Origin: Gelidibacter sp.
GTDB lineage: Bacteria; Bacteroidota; Bacteroidia; Flavobacteriales; Flavobacteriaceae
Length of the DNA: 64,000 nucleotides
Assembly (NCBI RefSeq): GCF_039916245.1
Contig: NZ_JBDSLS010000108.1
Span: 1,230-65,229, forward strand
Direction of reading: 5' to 3'
Part shown: positions 16,226 to 24,916 of the stretch, piece by piece
Layout of the letters: every line of letters starts with the position of its first letter
Numbering within the stretch: position 1 is the stretch's first letter
The notes under the pieces: model-generated
The model's database searches: none
What the model saw: the letters and a program-made list of their open reading frames with translations, nothing else
Told to the model about the DNA's origin: nothing
Made by a program: the position numbers and the translations under genes

Positions 16226-17110
16226 ATGGAGAGTACAAAAAGTAACAAAAATACCGGATTAAAGATTGCCTTGGGGATATTATTAGCCCTGTTCGTTGGA
16301 ACGGGTTTTTACACCTCAAAATTATATAATGAGAAAAAGGCCAATGAAGCTACTTTAACCAAGGAGAAGCAGTTGGTAATGACTGATTTAAATAATATGG
16401 CAAAACAATATGATATTGCCATTGGAGAAAATAAAGTCGCAAATCAAGATTTGGTAGAGGCTAGAGGTAGAATTCAAGGTTTGATGGATTCATTGAAAAT
16501 ATCTCAAAACAGCATCAACAGCTTAATGAGCTACAGAAAGAAATATTTGTCTCTTCAAGAAGAAATGAAAGCACTTTTAACTGAAAATGACAAGTTGAAA
16601 ATCCAAAATGCATTATTATCAACGTCATTGGACAGCACTAATGTAAGATTGGCAGAACGTACCATGTTTACCGATTCGTTGTTGGTTCAAAATACTGAAT
16701 TGGCAAACGTAGTTGAAAATGCAGCAGTATTACAAGCTGTAGGATTAAAAGCATTTGGAGTTATTGAAAGAAGTTCAGGGAAATTAATTCCGACAGAACG
16801 CGCACGTCGTAGTGATAAAATCAGAATTTGCTATACCGTTGCAAAAAACACTTTAGTAGGTGCTGGGGATAAAGAATTGTATGTGCAGGTGTTAGATCCT
16901 AAGGATAATGTTTTAGGGGCTAATGAGCAGATTCAATTTGGCCAAACTGTCTTGAACTATAGCATCGTAAGTAAATTTAACTACGAAAACAGAAACCTTA
17001 ATATTTGTGAATTTGTTTCTCCAAAAGGACAGTTTGACAAAGGCCGTTATGTTGTGAATATTTTCAACAAGAAGGAATTGGTTTCAACTACTGAATTCAC
17101 TTTGGAATAA
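16226..17110 (+). CDS. Conserved hypothetical protein: N-terminal TM anchor, long coiled coil, C-terminal beta-rich domain
   Basis: LKIALGILLALFVGTGFYT anchor; heptad-rich middle region; no Walker A; -7 element TACATTTG at 16126-16133. Confidence 0.75.
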   Translation: MESTKSNKNTGLKIALGILLALFVGTGFYTSKLYNEKKANEATLTKEKQLVMTDLNNMAKQYDIAIGENKVANQDLVEARGRIQGLMDSLKISQNSINSLMSYRKKYLSLQEEMKALLTENDKLKIQNALLSTSLDSTNVRLAERTMFTDSLLVQNTELANVVENAAVLQAVGLKAFGVIERSSGKLIPTERARRSDKIRICYTVAKNTLVGAGDKELYVQVLDPKDNVLGANEQIQFGQTVLNYSIVSKFNYENRNLNICEFVSPKGQFDKGRYVVNIFNKKELVSTTEFTLE

Positions 17111-17129
17111 TCAAAATAAATTAAAATTT

Positions 17130-17164
17130 AAAACCCGAAAGTCAGATGATTTTCGGGTTTTTTT
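17130..17164. terminator. Intrinsic terminator
   Basis: AAAACCCGAAA...TTTCGGGTTTTTTT. Confidence 0.8.
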
Positions 17165-17211
17165 ATGCTTTATATTTAATGAAATTCCGTCTTTACAGCG
17201 TCTTATTGGTC

Positions 17212-17369
17212 TCAAATTAAGCTAAAACTAAGTGCTTTATTGCATTTCGCTTTAACTTCTAAAAATTTTGACACGAATTTTCACGGACATACTCGTTCTC
17301 TGTGAAAGCCGGCTCAAATTTTTCACCATAAATATCACCAATGCAACAGACATTTAGTCTGTTTTAAAA
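17212..17369. repeat. Third copy of the CACGAATTT dispersed element
   Basis: TCAAATTAAGCTAAAA (also at 13892), then TCTAAAAATTTTGACACGAATTTTCACGG...CCATAAATATCAC...AGTCTGTTTTAAAA. Confidence 0.8.
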
Positions 17370-17429
17370 CGGCCAAATTGGATGGAGGGCTGGTAAGGCT
17401 CTTTATTCCATAGATTTAGTTAACACCGA

Positions 17430-18668
17430 TTAATCTAATATTTTTCCACTTAGGATTACGGTATCAATCAAATTATCGCCAAAGGCATAAGGCAAATTGT
17501 TATAACTTTCTATTTCTTTGGTAATGATGAGGTTCGCTTTTTTTCCTCTACAAATGCTTCCGTATTGATTGGAAATACCCATGGCATAAGCGCCATTTAT
17601 GGTGGCAGCGTTGATGGCTTCTTCGGGTGTCATTCGTAATTTGATGCACGCCGTACTGACTACAAAGTTCATATTACCACTTGGTGTCGTTCCTGGATTA
17701 TAATCGGAGGCGATGGCCAAAGGCAACCCCGCATCAATGATTTGACGTGCTGGTGTGTACGGAATACTTATAAAATAAGAACAGGAGGGAAGCGCTACAG
17801 GCATGGTGTTACTGTCTTTTAAGGCGTCGATGTCCTCTGGTCTCATTTCTTCAAGATGATCTACAGAAAGCGCCTTATATTTTACGGCAAGGGCTACGCC
17901 TCCAAAAGCATTAAACTGATTGACGTGAATTTTGGGGATGAGTCCATAAGCTGCACCTGCCTGTAGAATACGTTCGGTATCTTCTAAATCGAAATAACCT
18001 TTCTCACAAAACACATCAATATAATCGGCGAGTTTGGCTTGACCAACTTGCGGAATCATTTCAGAAATGACGCGGTCCACAAACTTTTCCTTATGGTCTT
18101 TAAATTCTTTCGGAACGGCATGAGCAGCCAGTAAAGTTGTTTTTATAAGTGCCAAGGACTCTTTTTTTAAGCGTTTGATGACGCGGAGCATTTTTAATTC
18201 GGCGTCAACCGTTAAACCATATCCGGATTTTATCTCAATGGCGCCAGTGCCCAGTTTCATGACGCGATTTAATCGTTTTAAGGATTGTTGATACAGGTCC
18301 TCTTCAGATGTATTTTGTAGTACTTCAGCGGAGTTTAATATACCGCCGCCGCGTTGTGCAATTTCTTCATAAGATAGTCCATTGATACGATCCACAAATT
18401 CTTGCGATCGATCTCCGGCATACACAATATGAGTGTGGGAATCACACCAGGCAGGAAGCACCATTTTTCCTTTGGCATCAATCACTTCGTCGACTTCATA
18501 ATCAATATAATCTGACATAGATCCATATTCAACAATAGTGTCATGCTCGATAATGAGATAGGCATTTTTTATAGTGGGAAGAATTTTCATGTCTTCGCCC
18601 TTAACTATAGTAACGTTGTGATCTCTAACTTGAATGAGCTCTTTAATATTGATAATAAGTATGGACAT
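17430..18668 (-). CDS. hutI: Imidazolonepropionase
   Basis: PAWCDSHTHIVYAG, GGGILNS, EIKSGYGL, DVFCEKG, SVDHLE, ASDYNPG. Confidence 0.95.
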   Translation of the reverse strand: MSILIINIKELIQVRDHNVTIVKGEDMKILPTIKNAYLIIEHDTIVEYGSMSDYIDYEVDEVIDAKGKMVLPAWCDSHTHIVYAGDRSQEFVDRINGLSYEEIAQRGGGILNSAEVLQNTSEEDLYQQSLKRLNRVMKLGTGAIEIKSGYGLTVDAELKMLRVIKRLKKESLALIKTTLLAAHAVPKEFKDHKEKFVDRVISEMIPQVGQAKLADYIDVFCEKGYFDLEDTERILQAGAAYGLIPKIHVNQFNAFGGVALAVKYKALSVDHLEEMRPEDIDALKDSNTMPVALPSCSYFISIPYTPARQIIDAGLPLAIASDYNPGTTPSGNMNFVVSTACIKLRMTPEEAINAATINGAYAMGISNQYGSICRGKKANLIITKEIESYNNLPYAFGDNLIDTVILSGKILD

Positions 18669-18708
18669 CTGTGAAATTTAAGTGTTAACTAAGTTGCGAA
18701 ATACGCAT

Positions 18709-18744
18709 AAAAAAAGCAAGTTATTAAAATAAACTTGCTTTTTT
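18709..18744. terminator. Intrinsic terminator after fumC (minus strand)
   Basis: AAAAAAAGCAAGTT...AACTTGCTTTTTT. Confidence 0.75.
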
Positions 18745-18789
18745 ATAAATTCCCGAAGGCTTTATGTTTTTTTAATCTAAGAGGATAGA

Positions 18790-20187
18790 TTATTTAAGTT
18801 CGCCCACCATGTTTTCAGGTTTAACCCATTCATCATAATCTTCAGCGGTTACGTAGCCCAAGTTAACAGCTTCTTCTTTTAAGGTCGTTCCGTTTTTATG
18901 TGCGGTATTGGCAATTTCTGCCGCTTTATAATAGCCGATTTTTGTGTTTAGAGCAGTTACCAACATCAACGAGTTATTCAACAAATGCTTGATCACATCA
19001 TGGTTAGGCTCAATGCCTTGTGCGCAATGTTCGTCAAAACTTCTACAAGCATCTCCTAATAATTGAGCAGATTGCAATAGGTTGGCCGCCATCATAGGTT
19101 TGAACACGTTCAACTCATAATGTCCTTGAGTACCGCCAACACTTACAGCCACATCATTACCCATTACTTGGGCACAAACCATGGTCAAGGCTTCACATTG
19201 TGTCGGATTCACTTTTCCTGGCATAATCGAGCTTCCTGGCTCATTTGCCGGAATGATGATTTCTCCAATACCGCTTCTTGGACCGGATGCCATCATACGG
19301 ATATCATTGGCGATTTTGTTTAAGCTTACTGCCAATTGTTTTAAAGCACCGTGCGTTCCGACTAAAGCATCGTGTGCGGCGAGTGCTTCAAACTTGTTGG
19401 GGGCTGTAATAAAAGGTAAACCTGTAAATTTTGCGATATACTCTGCAACAAGTTCACTATACCCTTTAGGTGTGTTTAAACCAGTACCTACGGCAGTTCC
19501 TCCAAGTGCCAATTCGCTTAAATGTGGCAAGGTATTTTGCAATGCTTTTAGACCATGATCCAATTGTGCTACATAACCTGAAATTTCTTGACCAAGCGTA
19601 ATAGGTGTCGCGTCCATTAAATGGGTACGTCCAATTTTTACGACATTTTTAAATTCCGTAGCTTTTTGATGAAGTGTATTTCGTAACTGAATGACGCCAT
19701 GAATGGTGTTTTCAGCTATTTTTTTATAAATCGCAATATGCATTCCTGTTGGAAAGGTATCGTTTGAAGACTGAGATTTGTTGACATCATCATTGGCTCC
19801 AATAACAGGATCGCCTTGGCCAATCGTTTTGCCAGCCAATTGTTGTGCTCTGTTGGCAATGACTTCATTGACGTTCATATTACTTTGCGTACCAGAACCA
19901 GTTTGCCAAATTACCAATGGAAATTGGTCATCATGCTTTCCTTCCAATATCTCATCGCAAACTTGGGCAATCAAATCGCGTTTTTCAATAGGTAAAACGC
20001 CTAATTCACAATTTGTAAATGCTGCTGCTTTTTTAAGATAAGCAAAACCATAAATAATTTCTAAAGGCATTGATGCAGGTGCACCAATTTTAAAGTTATT
20101 GCGGGAACGTTCAGTTTGTGCGCCCCAAAGTTTATCGGCAGGTACTTTAACCTCGCCCATTGTGTCTTTTTCAATTCTGTATTCCAT
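18790..20187 (-). CDS. fumC: Class II fumarate hydratase
   Basis: [15 protein letters not shown] signature; [12 protein letters not shown]; [10 protein letters not shown]; GRTHLMDA. Confidence 0.97.
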   Translation of the reverse strand: MEYRIEKDTMGEVKVPADKLWGAQTERSRNNFKIGAPASMPLEIIYGFAYLKKAAAFTNCELGVLPIEKRDLIAQVCDEILEGKHDDQFPLVIWQTGSGTQSNMNVNEVIANRAQQLAGKTIGQGDPVIGANDDVNKSQSSNDTFPTGMHIAIYKKIAENTIHGVIQLRNTLHQKATEFKNVVKIGRTHLMDATPITLGQEISGYVAQLDHGLKALQNTLPHLSELALGGTAVGTGLNTPKGYSELVAEYIAKFTGLPFITAPNKFEALAAHDALVGTHGALKQLAVSLNKIANDIRMMASGPRSGIGEIIIPANEPGSSIMPGKVNPTQCEALTMVCAQVMGNDVAVSVGGTQGHYELNVFKPMMAANLLQSAQLLGDACRSFDEHCAQGIEPNHDVIKHLLNNSLMLVTALNTKIGYYKAAEIANTAHKNGTTLKEEAVNLGYVTAEDYDEWVKPENMVGELK

Positions 20188-20302
20188 GATTTTCGATGAT
20201 TAATTTACTTACAAAGTTAGGCCTTTGCACTGAATTTGTGGGTATTTTCGATATTAATTCCCAAAGGAAAACTCAATTCCATCCCAACCAGATCAGTTCA
20301 TC

Positions 20303-20334
20303 AAAAAAGCACAACCTTATCAGATTGTGCTTTT
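20303..20334. terminator. Intrinsic terminator after the TonB-dependent receptor (minus strand)
   Basis: AAAAAAGCACAA...TTGTGCTTTT. Confidence 0.7.
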
Positions 20335-20353
20335 AAATTATATAAACTTTAGT

Positions 20354-22735
20354 TTAGAAGTTATAAGTCAATACACCCGCAAAATTGCGCGGATCGGTCT
20401 GATTGATATAACTGGTGCGATAAGCATTATAACCAATTTCATTGAAAACGTTATTCAGTAAAAATCTGAAATTCCAATGGTTGTTAAATTTGTAAGCTAC
20501 CTGAGCATTGGTTTGTGTATAAGCATCTACGTAAAATGGTTTTTGGTTTGGCACGATTCCTTCGTGGGTTACCGCTCCTGAACTCCAATCATTAATTGGC
20601 CGTTCGCCAGTATAATAAATTCCTGCGCCAACCGATAAACCTTCTAATTGCTCTTTAAAGCTATAATTTACATAAGCGTTAAAAGTGTGCTTAGGTGTAT
20701 TTAAGGGCGCTGATCCATAAACATAGGACGTATGTTTTTTGTATTGTGCATCAATATAGGAATAGCCAGTAATGACTTCAAGATTATCAAGAATTCGACC
20801 ACTCAATTCAACTTCAATCCCTTTCCGTTCATCATTTCCACCTTTTTGGAAATAGCCTGTAGCTACCCAATTTTCGTCATAAACAGGAAGATTGATGCCT
20901 TTATTATTGATTTTGAAGAAGGTCAAATTAAATCGTAAACGGCTGTCCAACCAATTGGTTTTAATTCCAGTTTCTAATTGATCAAAACGTTCATTACCCA
21001 GAGCATTGCCATTAACATCTAATCTGGAGGCTGTTCTTGGGTACGAACTGTTGGTATAGGAAGCAAACACATTAATGTTTTTGAAAGGAGTAAGTATGAC
21101 GCCTGCCAATGGATTGAAAGCATCACTCCGCGTGGTTTCTGTTTCTGCCTCTGTTTGCGTGCTGCTATAACGAATGCCTAAAAATGTTTTTAACCAAGGG
21201 TTGAAAGTGATCACGTCTTGTGCTACAAAACCAAGCGCTCTCGATTTTGCTCCGGCCAATTTTGCGGCAGTTAATTTCAAGTTATTAGGTAATTCGTTGT
21301 TGTTTTCTGCAAACACATCAATGGTATCGACGTTTGATGCGGTTTGGGTTGACGTACTGAAATTTGAAGTTCTGTAATCGAATCCTACTTGAAAAGTATG
21401 GGAAATGCTGCCAGTTTTAATGTCATCTCCAATAAGATCAAATTGAAGCACACTGTTGGAATCTTTTCGGTCAGAAATAGAATAACCGCGGTTTCTTTGA
21501 TTGTAGATGGGGTCTCCAGCAGGGTTTTTAAGGACAGTTCCAAGACTTGCACCTTTGTCATTCAAATCTAAATCTGATTTAAAAAATGCCGCTTTTAAAC
21601 TTAATTTATCATTAAGCTCACGATTAAAACGCGCTGAATAGGTGGCGTTTTTGGTTAAGGATCGATCATTGGCATATCCTAAAAAGCGATTGTGAGGTAA
21701 GTCATATATGGCATTCACATCATTTTCAGCAAGATTAACCGTACCCAAATCTGGCGTTCGGCTGTCGTCAAAATAATCCATTTCTAAAGTCAGTGTTGAT
21801 TTGTCATCCACTTTCCATTCAAAAGAAGGATTGAAGTAGAATCGGTCAGAGGACACGCCATCGCGGAAACTGTCAGCACGTTCCAAAGCACCATTGATTC
21901 TAAAAGCAACATTTTCAGTAGCAGTAAGCGGTCCAAAAACATCAAATGTGGTACGCGCTTGGCCATAACTTCCAGCTCTTACAGACGCATTGCCACCATA
22001 GTAATATTTAGGAGTTTTAGTCACAATATTGATCACACCACCTGGGCTTCCTAAATCGGTGGCGACACCTTGTGTAATTGCCGCAGCGCCTTTTAGAACC
22101 TGAATATTATCAACACCTTGCATATCGGTCAAAATCCCAGTGCCTCTAAAATCGGAGTGTACACGAACCCCGTTTTTTAAGATTGGAATTCCTCTAAAAC
22201 CACGGGACGACATACTTTCACGCTTATTACCATAGGTAGCAAAAGCGTAAACTCCTGGAACGTTTTTAGTGGCGTCAGCTATCGTTAAATTGCCTTGTTG
22301 AGCGATTAGCTTTTCAGAAATAATGGAGATACTTTGTATTTGCTCATAAGGCGCCAAAGGTAATCTGGTAAGTGCTTCAATTTTGTCAGGATGTTTGTAT
22401 CTGCTTCCAAATACCTCTACTTGATCTAATTCTGAATCACTGCTAAGATGAAATTTGAGGCTTAAAGTTTCATTAGTTCTTAATTGAACCGTTTGAAATG
22501 ATGGTTTAAAACCAACATAAGAAACTTTAATAGTGTAATCTCCAGAGGCAAGATTTGTGAGTTTGAAGTAACCGTTGGCATCGGCAGAGGTTCCGAAGGT
22601 TGTACCTTCAATTAAAACATTAGCGAAAGGGATGATCTTCTTGTCTTCATCCGTGATTGTGCCTTCTATTTTTGATTGTGAATAACTTAATTGTCCTATT
22701 AAAACAAGGAACAAGAATATCTTTTTAATTGCCAT
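20354..22735 (-). CDS. TonB-dependent receptor, siderophore/iron type, with an N-terminal carboxypeptidase-like domain
   Basis: Signal peptide; IPFANVLIEGT; plug RGF...LKNG; PRNFAGVLTYNF C-terminus. Confidence 0.9.
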   Translation of the reverse strand: MAIKKIFLFLVLIGQLSYSQSKIEGTITDEDKKIIPFANVLIEGTTFGTSADANGYFKLTNLASGDYTIKVSYVGFKPSFQTVQLRTNETLSLKFHLSSDSELDQVEVFGSRYKHPDKIEALTRLPLAPYEQIQSISIISEKLIAQQGNLTIADATKNVPGVYAFATYGNKRESMSSRGFRGIPILKNGVRVHSDFRGTGILTDMQGVDNIQVLKGAAAITQGVATDLGSPGGVINIVTKTPKYYYGGNASVRAGSYGQARTTFDVFGPLTATENVAFRINGALERADSFRDGVSSDRFYFNPSFEWKVDDKSTLTLEMDYFDDSRTPDLGTVNLAENDVNAIYDLPHNRFLGYANDRSLTKNATYSARFNRELNDKLSLKAAFFKSDLDLNDKGASLGTVLKNPAGDPIYNQRNRGYSISDRKDSNSVLQFDLIGDDIKTGSISHTFQVGFDYRTSNFSTSTQTASNVDTIDVFAENNNELPNNLKLTAAKLAGAKSRALGFVAQDVITFNPWLKTFLGIRYSSTQTEAETETTRSDAFNPLAGVILTPFKNINVFASYTNSSYPRTASRLDVNGNALGNERFDQLETGIKTNWLDSRLRFNLTFFKINNKGINLPVYDENWVATGYFQKGGNDERKGIEVELSGRILDNLEVITGYSYIDAQYKKHTSYVYGSAPLNTPKHTFNAYVNYSFKEQLEGLSVGAGIYYTGERPINDWSSGAVTHEGIVPNQKPFYVDAYTQTNAQVAYKFNNHWNFRFLLNNVFNEIGYNAYRTSYINQTDPRNFAGVLTYNF

Positions 22736-22736
22736 T

Positions 22737-22820
22737 TTATTTGGATTGATTATAAATAAGGACGCAAAGATATTATGCAGATTTAATTTATCAAAGTTTA
22801 TTTAGACTAATTACAAATAA
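22737..22820 (-). promoter_or_regulatory. Bacteroidota sigma70 promoter flanked by two TTATTT-N11-AAATAA boxes
   Basis: -7 TATCTTTG (22765-22772) and -33 TTTG (22792-22795), 19 nt apart; boxes at 22737-22759 and 22798-22820. Confidence 0.65.
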
Positions 22821-23240
22821 TAAAATCTATTGTGCTGAATTTTAGAAAGATAGTTGTCAAATTATTTTAGCTATAAATTCAGGCGCTATTAATGCGGGCA
22901 GATGAGGTTCGACGGCTTATCTGGCAATCAAAATTCAGATATTATTTGTAAAATACAACATCATTTATTGACTGTGCAATACATTGAGATTTATGTTGAA
23001 TAATCGTTATCATTTTAATAAAATTTAAATCGGTAATAAAACCGGCCTAAATATTAAAAAGGACAATTCTTTCTAAAAAAAGGTGAAATGTCCAATGCGT
23101 GCGTCATTTTTTGGAGTTACTGATACATCTTTATGACGTAGTCGAAAAGAAATTCTTCAAAATTAAATTTCTTGCCCTATGACAAGTGTGGTTTAGTGAA
23201 TTTGTTTTAATTTTAATAACAACTTAAAATTGAAGTTATT

Positions 23241-23624
23241 ATGAATGTAAACACACCTATCGTTTGGTTCGAAATTTATGTAGATGACATGAATAGAGCC
23301 TCAAAATTTTATGAAACTGTATTGGGGACAAAATTAGAAAGATTGATGAGTCCTACCAGCGATGAAATCGAAATGAAAAGTTTTTCAGGTGACATGAATA
23401 CTTATGGTGCTAGCGGTGCTTTGGTTAAAATGGAAGGTATGAAGGCGGGAGGGAATTCTACCGTTGTTTATTTTGGAAGCAAGGACTGCAACATTGAAGA
23501 ACAGCGCATCGAGAAAGCAGGTGGCAAAATATTGAATCCTAAAATGTCTATAGGCAAACATGGGTTTATTACAATGTTTATGGATACCGAAGGAAATATG
23601 ATCGGTTTACACTCGATGGAATAG
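23241..23624 (+). CDS. VOC/glyoxalase family protein
   Basis: IVWFEIYVDDMNRASKFY; IEKAGGKIL; FMDTEGNMIGLHS. Confidence 0.9.
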   Translation: MNVNTPIVWFEIYVDDMNRASKFYETVLGTKLERLMSPTSDEIEMKSFSGDMNTYGASGALVKMEGMKAGGNSTVVYFGSKDCNIEEQRIEKAGGKILNPKMSIGKHGFITMFMDTEGNMIGLHSME

Positions 23625-23734
23625 CAATTTATATAAAACGTGGGTCTGTTTTTCTGAAAGGCATAAAACGCAAAAGACTATGTTTTATTCAGATGACGTT
23701 TAAAGCGAAAACTGATCATGTTTTATCATAAATC

Positions 23735-23778
23735 ATCCGTGTTACCCGCTTGAACGGACGGGCAGGTCTGCGTTCTAT
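23735..23778. repeat. ATCAG/ATCCG-type repeat interrupted by a 22-nt GC-rich insert
   Basis: ATCCGTGTTA[CCCGCTTGAACGGACGGGCAGG]TCTGCGTTCTAT. Confidence 0.6.
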
Positions 23779-23996
23779 TATAAAAATCGAGTTTAAAAAA
23801 GGAATAAAAAATCTTATCAAAATCCAGACGATTATATTTCAGGATTTTCTGCTGAGATGACTTAAATATTCAACATTCCAAAGTCCTATTACTATTTTTA
23901 GTTTAAAATTATTGAGAAATCGCCGTGGCACTATTGAACTATATACAAGCACAAATCACCACGTTTATGCTATAAAAAAATTAAATCGTAAAGGTC

Positions 23997-24413
23997 ATGA
24001 ACGCAGAAAAGATCACAGTAGAAGCAACCATCAAGGGAGATTTGCAAAAGATTTGGCGTTATTGGACACAACCCAATCATATTACAAAATGGAATTTTGC
24101 AAGCGATGAATGGTGCTGTCCAAAGGCGGAAAATGATTTAAGAGTAGGTGGGAAGTTGTCAAGCCGGATGGAAGCCAAGGATGGAAGTTTTGGATTTGAT
24201 TTTGAAGGTGTTTATGACGAGGTTTTTGACCATGAAAAAATTACCTATACAATGCCAGATGGACGCGTTTCAACAACAAGGTTTAAAAGTCTAGGAGAAC
24301 ATGTAGAAGTGACCACCATATTTGACGCCGAAGCACAAAATTCAATAGCGATGCAAAGGGAAGGTTGGCAAGCCATTCTTAATAATTTTAAAATTTATGT
24401 GGAAGCACATTGA
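23997..24413 (+). CDS. SRPBCC/AHSA1 family protein
   Basis: IWRYWTQPNHITKWNFAS; NDLRVGG; MEAKDGSFGFDF; QREGWQAILNNF. Confidence 0.9.
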   Translation: MNAEKITVEATIKGDLQKIWRYWTQPNHITKWNFASDEWCCPKAENDLRVGGKLSSRMEAKDGSFGFDFEGVYDEVFDHEKITYTMPDGRVSTTRFKSLGEHVEVTTIFDAEAQNSIAMQREGWQAILNNFKIYVEAH

Positions 24414-24605
24414 TTGAAGTGTTCAACTATCTGAAGAAAAGAAATTTCAATGCTTGTTAGATGAAAATGCAGATTGATTTAAAAGAGATGATGGCACATA
24501 TTTGATGTGATCCTTGAAAACCTTGTTAATAAATCTTAAAATTGGTATTGTATAAACAAAAGGTTTCTCCTATATTTGCTTTAATTATTATAAAGAACTT
24601 GCAAC

Positions 24606-24788
24606 ATGTTTACATTTGAACAATATTTAGGATTTATAGCCTTTTTAACCATTTTGACCATGGGTTTTTGGTTAATGATATTTTTAATGACTTTCGTTAT
24701 TCCTTACTGGGTCATTGGATCATCAATAGAACGATTTAAAGAAATTAAAGCAGAACGCAAAGCGAAAAGAGAAGCGGCTACCCTATAG
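24606..24788 (+). CDS. Small membrane protein (60 aa)
   Basis: Own -7 element TATATTTG 24571-24578, long hydrophobic N-terminus, basic tail, terminator 24811-24848. Confidence 0.7.
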   Translation: MFTFEQYLGFIAFLTILTMGFWLMIFLMTFVIPYWVIGSSIERFKEIKAERKAKREAATL

Positions 24789-24810
24789 AAGTGACTTCCA
24801 ATTATATATT

Positions 24811-24848
24811 AAAAAAGCGGTTTCAAATTATGAAACCGCTTTTTTTTT
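24811..24848. terminator. Bidirectional intrinsic terminator
   Basis: AAAAAAGCGGTTTCA-aatta-TGAAACCGCTTTTTTTT. Confidence 0.85.
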
Positions 24849-24916
24849 GTTCTTATATTTTTTGGTTTTTACCTTATGCTTGAAACTTAAAGCCTCAAGC
24901 ATAAGGTAAGAACGGT

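Noticed and set aside
22880-22930. Possible riboswitch or tmRNA fragment (GAGGTTCGACGG; GAACCTCATC on the minus strand)
   Set aside because: It has only a few matching bases, with no TPP UGAGA/P1 elements and no tRNA-like ends. An Rfam scan would settle it.
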